Part shown: positions 20,801 to 26,478 of the stretch, piece by piece
Layout: each line of letters begins with the position of its first letter
Position numbering within the stretch: the stretch's first letter is position 1
Origin: Nannocystis bainbridge
Lineage (GTDB): Bacteria; Myxococcota_A; Polyangia; Nannocystales; Nannocystaceae
Reading direction: 5' to 3'
DNA length: 64,000 bases
Assembly (NCBI RefSeq): GCF_028368995.1
Contig: NZ_JAQNDL010000001.1
Location: 1,536,001 to 1,600,000 of the forward strand
Translations under genes and position numbers: made by a program
The notes under the pieces: generated by a model
What the model was told of the DNA's origin: nothing
The model's database searches: none
What the model saw: only the letters and a program-made list of their open reading frames with translations

Positions 20801-20922
20801 TCCAGCGCCCGCTCGCGACCGTCGTCGTCGGCGGCCTCCTCACCTCGACGCTGCTCACCCTCGTCATCCTCCCCGCGCTCTACCCGTTCTTCGCCGGACG
20901 CGCCGCGGGCGGCGAGCGCTGA
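17848..20922 (+). CDS. czcA: CusA/CzcA-family heavy-metal efflux RND transporter
   Basis: 1024 aa; DALPDVT, EEVERLVT.PIE, NLMSLGAIDFGLLVDGAVVMVE, GFIALSGIAVLNG, RPVLMTA, GAEVQRPLATVV. Confidence 0.93.
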   Translation: MIEALVQASVVHRRAVILITLVATLFAAIVATGLRFDALPDVTTNQVLVLTRAHGLTPEEVERLVTRPIEISLGGIPGMVKQRSVSRYGISSITAVFGDDVSPFLARQMVQERLALVGDRLPEDVESPELGPLSGGLGEIFHFTVRSPDRTPAELLELVELRLVPLLRAIEGVVEVNTWGGEKRTLDVVGRPEAMARWRVTLGQLEAAVVDATGTAAGASLADGTHQVLLRGVARPTTPQELGSALVRPAASGEPGLRLADVADVRWGSTPRIGAATSNGGGETVYVMVQMLRGANALQVMERLHARMADVTATLPEDVAVDVVYDRSKLVSATLATVAKNLLEGGLLVIVVLFAMLGSFRAGLLVALVIPLSMVFALAGMALLDIPGNLMSLGAIDFGLLVDGAVVMVEAVFCGAVGASLSPARIADLTRGVARPVFFSVLVILLVYVPIVTLTGVDGKMFRPMAATVIMALLAALILALTFIPAAAATVLRSRDIPAREPLLVRLAEHAYAPVLRLAARFPMLVAASGLAALAVGVWLFGRTGAAFVPQLDEGDLVIQTERAPDISIESAVREATALEQVLLEAVPEVRAVVGRIGSPAVATDLMGIEQADMFVELAPKSQWRPGLDKDALVEEIDALLAARAPADVVVFTQPIQMRFNELLGGTVTDVSLSIFGDDLAQLRELAEQAAEVIEAQPGAVDVRIMAPPDVAVAEVRPRMLAAGSHGMSAADVLRVVQAIRTGITASHTYVGPLRLPVRVRLGEPPQAALLAQVPVPTPDGALIALHHLATVEQRAAASLVNHDDAQRRIVVGFNVRGAALGDVVEALKTELAARAPLPRGTRSVWGGQYESLAEARARLAWVIPVVIAGIFAVLLLAFRRLRPAVLIFTHVPFACVGGIVALTLRGLPLSLSAAIGFIALSGIAVLNGVVLLAQIDLLTAQGHGPRRAALDAAASRMRPVLMTALVAALGFVPMMLATGTGAEVQRPLATVVVGGLLTSTLLTLVILPALYPFFAGRAAGGER

Positions 20923-21111
20923 ACTGCAGCGCCGCGAGCGGCCGTTCGACGCCCGCCCCCGCCCTGCATCGGCCGCGAACGGGCCTCGCATCGCTGCAAT
21001 CGTGCCTCGCACGGCTGCGACGACGTCGCGACCCGAGCCGCGTACACTGGCCGCACGCACGAACCGGCGCGGCCGTGGGCGTGGCTCACGACGCGCCGCG
21101 AGGAGTTACCC

Positions 21112-21327
21112 ATGAAGAAGCTTGCATTCATCCTGTCCTTCGCCGTCGGCGCCATCATCGCCAACACCGCCTACGCCGCCCAGCCCACCAAGGCCTGCAC
21201 CGCCAGCAACACCGGCGAGCAGGTGACCACGTGGAACAAGGCGCACACCCGCTCGGAGACCTACCTGTGCAGCTCGGGCTGGCAGTTGATCCGCGTGTGC
21301 GCCAACGGCGTGTGCGAAGACTATTGA
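21112..21327 (+). CDS. Small secreted 4-Cys peptide
   Basis: RBS AGGAG; signal peptide MKKLAFILSFAVGAIIANTAYA; GC3-rich codons. Confidence 0.8.
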   Translation: MKKLAFILSFAVGAIIANTAYAAQPTKACTASNTGEQVTTWNKAHTRSETYLCSSGWQLIRVCANGVCEDY

Positions 21328-21513
21328 TGGCAGTACGAGGCTATCGTCAGCCTCGCGGCTGCGGAGTCGCTCGCGGCCGCAGCGGGTGCATGCACCGTAC
21401 GTGAGAGGTCGCCCGCCGCGAGCGGGCCTGACCCTCGTCCCGCATGGCGGGACGTCTCCACTCATTTCGGCGTGTTCGCGTCGACGGCCTCGCGGCGCCC
21501 CGGCGCGTCATGG

Positions 21514-22464
21514 TTACCGCGGCCGACCGAGATCCTTGAGCACGGCCCCGGTCGTCCGATCGACGATGCGCAGCGCGTGCGATGTCTTGGGCCCGTCGCA
21601 TTCGAAATACACGCGGGTGGCGGTCCCGACCATCGCGTAGCCGCCGGTCCCGCCGCACGACGAGGTCCACAGCACGGTCCCGGTGCGCGCGTCGATCGCA
21701 GAAGTCTCACCTTGCCGGATCAGCACGGTGCCGCCGACGAGATCGAGGGCCTCGATCCTGCGGCCCTTCGGGTCGAACGGCAGCCGGTAGGTCGGCTGCC
21801 CCGCCGTGTCGTAGCCGACGATCGTGACCTCCGGTGTGCCCGGGCTCTTGACCTCGATCCCGACCGATTCACCGGTGACCGGGTCCGTCAGCCGCGCCTT
21901 GCTGGTCACGAAGTCGCCCTCGCAGCGCGCGTGCTTCACCGTGGTGCACAGCAGCGGGAGCGAACTCGAGTCGCAGGCCGGCGGCGTCGCGGCGTCGTCG
22001 CGCTGGCCGGTCGCCACGTCGAGCACGAAGCGCACATGATCGATCTGGTGGACCCCGACCTTGTCGCCCTCGACACACAGCCGCTCGACCTCGTCGGTCA
22101 GCGCGAGCGTGGTGCGGGTGGCCCCGTTCGTCGACTCGAGGATCTCCAGCCCTCGCGCCCGCGCTATCACGACCGCCCCGCCGGCGACGACTGCCTCGTC
22201 TCTCGGTTCGATCCGCAGATCGGGCCGGCGCCACAGCGGCTTGAAGGTGGCCCCGTCGAGCGCGAGCACGCCGTCGTCCACGAACCACGCCACGACATCC
22301 TCGAGCCCGTCGCCGTTGAAGTCGCCGAGGACCGGCGGCCCGCCCATCCAGAACCGGTACTCCGTGGGGTCGCGCTCCTTGGCGCCGAGACAACCGACGA
22401 GCGCCGTCAGGGCGAGCCCAGCCGCGCTCGCGGCGCTCCTCCGACCTCTGCGTGCATGAAGCAT
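21514..22464 (-). CDS. PQQ-like beta-propeller lipoprotein; candidate periplasmic immunity protein
   Basis: Lipobox LVGC; DFNGDG; repeated ALDGATFKPLW / AIDARTGTVLW / VDRTTGAVL blades. Start uncertain. Confidence 0.7.
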   Translation of the reverse strand: MLHARRGRRSAASAAGLALTALVGCLGAKERDPTEYRFWMGGPPVLGDFNGDGLEDVVAWFVDDGVLALDGATFKPLWRRPDLRIEPRDEAVVAGGAVVIARARGLEILESTNGATRTTLALTDEVERLCVEGDKVGVHQIDHVRFVLDVATGQRDDAATPPACDSSSLPLLCTTVKHARCEGDFVTSKARLTDPVTGESVGIEVKSPGTPEVTIVGYDTAGQPTYRLPFDPKGRRIEALDLVGGTVLIRQGETSAIDARTGTVLWTSSCGGTGGYAMVGTATRVYFECDGPKTSHALRIVDRTTGAVLKDLGRPR

Positions 22465-22572
22465 CGAAAGCACTCTACCCGATCTCGCAGCCCGACGACG
22501 GCTGCGTCCACGCGCGCGATCGCGGCGGCGCGCGATCATGAGACACCGGCGCCGACGCGCGTCCTGCTACGA

Positions 22573-22932
22573 TTACCGCCGGGCGTCCTCGTATCGCCGC
22601 ACCTCGGCGATGCCCGCCTGGTACCACAGCTCGGCGATCGGCGCGTCGCCCTCGCGCGCCGCCACGATCTCGCGGGCCCACGGCTCGCGGGTATCAAAAT
22701 CGTCGCTGAAGCTCAGCATCAGCGCCGCGATTTTGAACACGTCGCGCTCCGCGTTCATCGCGTAGTCGGCGGCCTTGACCGTCGCCGCGCGCACGACCTC
22801 GAGCGCCTGCGGGTCGCCTGGCCACACCTGCGTCGGCCCGTAGTGTTGGCGCAGCAGCGCGAAGATCCGCCGCTCCGACGCGTCGCGGGCGGCGGCCGTG
22901 ACCTCGCCGCGTTGATGGGCATCGAGCTTCAT
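22573..22932 (-). CDS. Small T6SS-effector-associated (co-chaperone-like) protein
   Basis: ATG lies 1 bp past the upstream stop; AADYAMNAERDVFKIAAL..DDFD..PWAREIV is similar to 4155..4643. Confidence 0.7.
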   Translation of the reverse strand: MKLDAHQRGEVTAAARDASERRIFALLRQHYGPTQVWPGDPQALEVVRAATVKAADYAMNAERDVFKIAALMLSFSDDFDTREPWAREIVAAREGDAPIAELWYQAGIAEVRRYEDARR

Positions 22933-22933
22933 G

Positions 22934-24118
22934 TCAGTCGTCGTCCGCCTCGTCGGGGGCTGCGCGGTCGATGTGCACGTGGCTGGCGATGTCGAACAGC
23001 GACTCGACCTTCGAGCCGCCGGACGTCGCGGCGTCGGGGATCCCGTCCTCGTTGGTGTCCGGCATCTTGTCGGTCGGCGACGGCACCGCCGCGCTCGACG
23101 GATAGACCGCGCTGGGCCCCTTCTCGAGCAGGACCACGCGCGAGCGGACCGACCGCGCCGCGTTGTAGAGCCGCAGGTAGGCCGCCCGCCGGGTCGCACC
23201 TCGCATGTCCCGCTGGCCGATCGGCTGCATGTCGAGCGCGCCGCCGTGCTGGTGGTTGCTGTTGGGGACCTTGCTGCCGGCGGCCAGGTTGCGCCGCGGG
23301 TTGCGCCACCCGCTCGACACGTGGACCCGCCCGCCGTACGCCGCCTCGGTCGCGGTCAGCAGCTCGGTCATCGCCGAGTCGAGGATGAGCTGATAGTTGC
23401 CGCGCAGGTCGGCGCGGTCGGTCGCCTTGATGTGATTGCGGTAGGGCACGTGCAGCGTGAACTTGTCCCGCCACATGCGCTGGTCGACGTACTCCTGGCG
23501 GATGATGTCGCGCTCGTCCTGCGTCACCACCTCGACGATCTCGTGCGACTTGCCCCCGTGGGTGATGGTCGCCTTGATGCTGTACTGCACCGGCGGGTTC
23601 GGCTTCTTCGAGGCCGTGATCGGCCGCTGCGCATTGGTGACCTCCGGCGTGTAGTCGAAGCGGTTGCCGGTGCCGGTGCGCTTGGGGATCGTGCCGCTGT
23701 GGGTGCCGACGGGCGTGACCTCCCACGTCGCCGACGCGCCCTCCGGCGAGGCGACGCGGACGCTCAGGGTGCGGAACGACCTGCTCACGTCCTTGCCGAC
23801 CAGGAAGATGAACTTCGAGGCGACGACCCACTCTTTCTCGGAATAGCGGGTCTTCGCGGTGTACTGGCTGCGGTGCTCGAGGATGATCTGCGGCGGGCAG
23901 GTCGCACAGTCGCCGCCCGCCGGCTTGTCGCCGAGCTGCTGATCGGCGGCGGTGCCGGCGTTCTCCATCGTTTTGGAGAAGCGATTCGTCTGGCCCTGGA
24001 CCGGCTCCGGCGACACGGCCCGACCGGTGAAGCTGCCGGGCTGGCCCGAGGTGTTCGGGTTCAGCAGGTCCCACGTGAACCGCGGCGCGGTCAGTCCATT
24101 GTTCCCGGTTCCGCTCAT
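22934..24118 (-). CDS. Putative T6SS cargo effector with a C-terminal Peptidase M15A (D-Ala-D-Ala carboxypeptidase-type) domain
   Basis: VSSGWRNPRRN..GS..NSNHQHGGALD...SHVHID; no signal peptide; directly downstream of the DUF4123 gene. Confidence 0.8.
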   Translation of the reverse strand: MSGTGNNGLTAPRFTWDLLNPNTSGQPGSFTGRAVSPEPVQGQTNRFSKTMENAGTAADQQLGDKPAGGDCATCPPQIILEHRSQYTAKTRYSEKEWVVASKFIFLVGKDVSRSFRTLSVRVASPEGASATWEVTPVGTHSGTIPKRTGTGNRFDYTPEVTNAQRPITASKKPNPPVQYSIKATITHGGKSHEIVEVVTQDERDIIRQEYVDQRMWRDKFTLHVPYRNHIKATDRADLRGNYQLILDSAMTELLTATEAAYGGRVHVSSGWRNPRRNLAAGSKVPNSNHQHGGALDMQPIGQRDMRGATRRAAYLRLYNAARSVRSRVVLLEKGPSAVYPSSAAVPSPTDKMPDTNEDGIPDAATSGGSKVESLFDIASHVHIDRAAPDEADDD

Positions 24119-24145
24119 CGCCCCACCACCCGTCCCGGCGCGCGC

Positions 24146-25252
24146 CTATGCATGATCGAGCCTCGCCAGCGCGCGCGGCGTCTCGTAGAGCACCGCCTCG
24201 AGGTGACGCAAAAAATCGCCTCGCTGATCGGCGGTGAGCACCGGCGCGACGGTCTGAAGCACCCGCGGGTCGTAGAAGCGAAAGAACACCCGGTGCGCCT
24301 CGCCCTCGAGGTCGATCATCAAGAAGCGCCGCAGTTGCCTGCGCACGACCTCGAACTCGGCCCCGCTGACGACGAACACGCCCCACGCCTCGCCCCAGCC
24401 CTCGCCGACGAGCCGCTCGAGCAGACCGGAGCCGCGCCCGAGGCGGACCAGGTACGGCGCGACGTCGTCGTGCGCGCGGCCCTGCTCGCCGTCGTAGAGC
24501 GAGGCGTATGGATCGACGCTCTCCTCGACGAGCTCGAGCGGGCGGTCGGCGCGAGCGGCGTCGACGATCGCGTACAGCGTGCCGGCGTCGCGCAGGCCCT
24601 GGAGCTGCGCGAGGGCGCGCAGCGCCGCCTCGCCGGGGTTCGGCGGCGCGGGCGGCTGCGTGAAGTCCTCGACGAGGAAGCGATACGTGGTGCGCCCGGC
24701 CTGCATCCACCCGCGGTTGGCCAGCTCGCCGGTCCAGCACGGCTCGCCGCCGACGCTGATGCGGTGCGGATCGATCGCCTGCACGTGAGCACAGACGCCG
24801 TCCCAGACGACGCTGAATTGCGGCGAGCCTGCCCGGTCGCCGTGGACCACGAAGTCGGCCTCGGCGGTGCCGACGGTGCGCGCGACCCCGGGCACGAGCA
24901 CCAGCTTGCGGAAGCCCTCGCGCCCCGACCACACCTGCAAGATCCCGCGACGCCGCCGCGCCGGACCGGGCGCGAGCACGTCGTAGCGCGCGAACGTGTA
25001 GTCGAGCTCCCCGAGCCAGTCGGCGTATTCGGGGTCGGTGTCGGCGAACTCGCGCACGCCGAGCGGGCCGAGGCCCGTGCGCCCGCGATCGTCGGGGTGC
25101 GGCACGCGACCGCGGGCGGTCGCGCCGGCCATGAACTCGAGCTGATCCTCGATCTGCCGCAGCAACGGCCAGCGCGCCGGCTCGTAGGCCCGCGTGCGCG
25201 CGCGGGCCTCCGCCAGCACCTCGGCGAAGGCGTCGCGCGACGTGATGCGCAT
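24146..25252 (-). CDS. Tsi6-like immunity domain + FHA-like domain + DUF4123 (Tec/Tap-1) adaptor fusion
   Basis: N-term QLEFM...LGPLGVREFADTDPEY (Tsi6-like). Middle TVGT.EADFVV..D...SPQF..IAG-type FHA-like fold. C-term LYAIVDAAR..SLYDG..VAPYLVRL..WGV..LRRFL..FFRFYDPRVL (DUF4123). Alternative GTG start at 25264. Confidence 0.85.
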   Translation of the reverse strand: MRITSRDAFAEVLAEARARTRAYEPARWPLLRQIEDQLEFMAGATARGRVPHPDDRGRTGLGPLGVREFADTDPEYADWLGELDYTFARYDVLAPGPARRRRGILQVWSGREGFRKLVLVPGVARTVGTAEADFVVHGDRAGSPQFSVVWDGVCAHVQAIDPHRISVGGEPCWTGELANRGWMQAGRTTYRFLVEDFTQPPAPPNPGEAALRALAQLQGLRDAGTLYAIVDAARADRPLELVEESVDPYASLYDGEQGRAHDDVAPYLVRLGRGSGLLERLVGEGWGEAWGVFVVSGAEFEVVRRQLRRFLMIDLEGEAHRVFFRFYDPRVLQTVAPVLTADQRGDFLRHLEAVLYETPRALARLDHA

Positions 25253-25267
25253 CAGCCCGGGCACGCC

Positions 25268-26287
25268 TCAGCCCTCCGCCGACGGGTGGAACTTGCGCGG
25301 GATCATCACCTGCGTCGCCCCGCCCGGGCAATACACCGCCACCAGCGTGCCCGCGCGCGCATCCTTGAGCGACCAGTCGTCGACGATCGGCGCCGCCGTG
25401 CTCTGCAGGCCGAGCGCGGGCTCGTCGAACGCGACCTCGCGCGGCTCGCGGAGCAGCGGCGGCGGGCCCGGCTTGCCGTCGACGTAGCCGTAGCTCATCG
25501 GCGACACGCCGACCTGCTCCGGCGTGATCGAGGGGTCGAGCGTGAAGTACTGGCCGACGCCGGCGCCGGGGATCGATCTCTGGTGCATCGTCTTGCCGGC
25601 GAACGAGCGCACGATCACCGGCTGCTCGAGGTCGATGCCCTTGATGTGCGAGAGGATCTCGCTCGGCTTGACGGTGTCGGGGGTGTGGGCGGCGTAGAAC
25701 TGATAGGCGACCGCGTAGCGGGCCTGCATCCGCGCCTCCGACAGCCCGTCGTCGCTGTCGAGCATGCCGGCGAGCTCGTGCTTGGTGAAGTCGAGGTCGG
25801 CGAACGCGTCGCGCCCCGATCGCGCGCCCACCGGCGCCTCGTCGTCGAGGGTGACCGTCTCGGGGTCGGGCGCGTCGGGCGTGGCCGAGTCGTCGCGGCT
25901 GTCGTACTCCCGGCGCTTGCGCTCGCACTCCTCACAAAAGGGCGTGCCGAGCTTGGCCGCCTCGCGGAACACGAAGCTCTGCGTCGAGTCGCCGATCACC
26001 ACAGTCGGGCAGCCGTCGACGATCCGATCGCCGCCGATGTGGACCGCCGGATCGGTGCGGCGCGCCGCCTGGCGGTGATTGATCAGCACCGTCGCCGAGC
26101 CCTGCTGGATGCGGTCGCTCGGCCCGACCGGGAAGCACACCACGCTGTCGTCCTTGCGCGCGGCCGGCAGGAAGCCGACGATCACGTCGGCGCTGCCGCT
26201 GAAGATCGGGCCGCCGACGTGCGGTACGGGGCCGGGCTCGACCTTCGGGCAGACGTGCGAGTCGCTGATACGGGCGGCGTCGGGCAT
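25268..26287 (-). CDS. PAAR protein with a C-terminal Tse6/Ntox46-like NAD(P)+ glycohydrolase toxin
   Basis: DAAR..HVCP..PHVGGPI, LPAAR, QAAR (PAAR); PFCEEC; C-term HIKGIDLEQPV, GQYF, QSTAAPIVDDWS, PGGATQ. Confidence 0.85.
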   Translation of the reverse strand: MPDAARISDSHVCPKVEPGPVPHVGGPIFSGSADVIVGFLPAARKDDSVVCFPVGPSDRIQQGSATVLINHRQAARRTDPAVHIGGDRIVDGCPTVVIGDSTQSFVFREAAKLGTPFCEECERKRREYDSRDDSATPDAPDPETVTLDDEAPVGARSGRDAFADLDFTKHELAGMLDSDDGLSEARMQARYAVAYQFYAAHTPDTVKPSEILSHIKGIDLEQPVIVRSFAGKTMHQRSIPGAGVGQYFTLDPSITPEQVGVSPMSYGYVDGKPGPPPLLREPREVAFDEPALGLQSTAAPIVDDWSLKDARAGTLVAVYCPGGATQVMIPRKFHPSAEG

Positions 26288-26478
26288 GCGTGCGAGCGCC
26301 GACCAGCGTAACAAAATCCTGCCACGCGCGGCGCGCGGCGCTCCGTGGCGGATCGACTGTCACTGCCATCATGCGATCCACGGGTCGGCGAATGCGTGAA
26401 TGACGATATCGCGCGGCGCGAATTCGCCGGAAACAATGGACAGAGGCCGCCTGTCGCGGGCAAGATGCGAGGTCCTCC

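Noticed and set aside
22929-26311. Very long alternative ORFs (999 aa, 1126 aa; similarly 1644..4103, 7715..10459, 29416..31611)
   Set aside because: Arg/Ala/Gly-rich shadow frames overlapping genes with recognisable motifs, as expected in high-GC DNA.
26310-26324. Possible sigma54 promoter (TGGCAGGATTTTGTT on the minus strand) before the PAAR gene
   Set aside because: Spacing is one base short and the -12 GC is missing.
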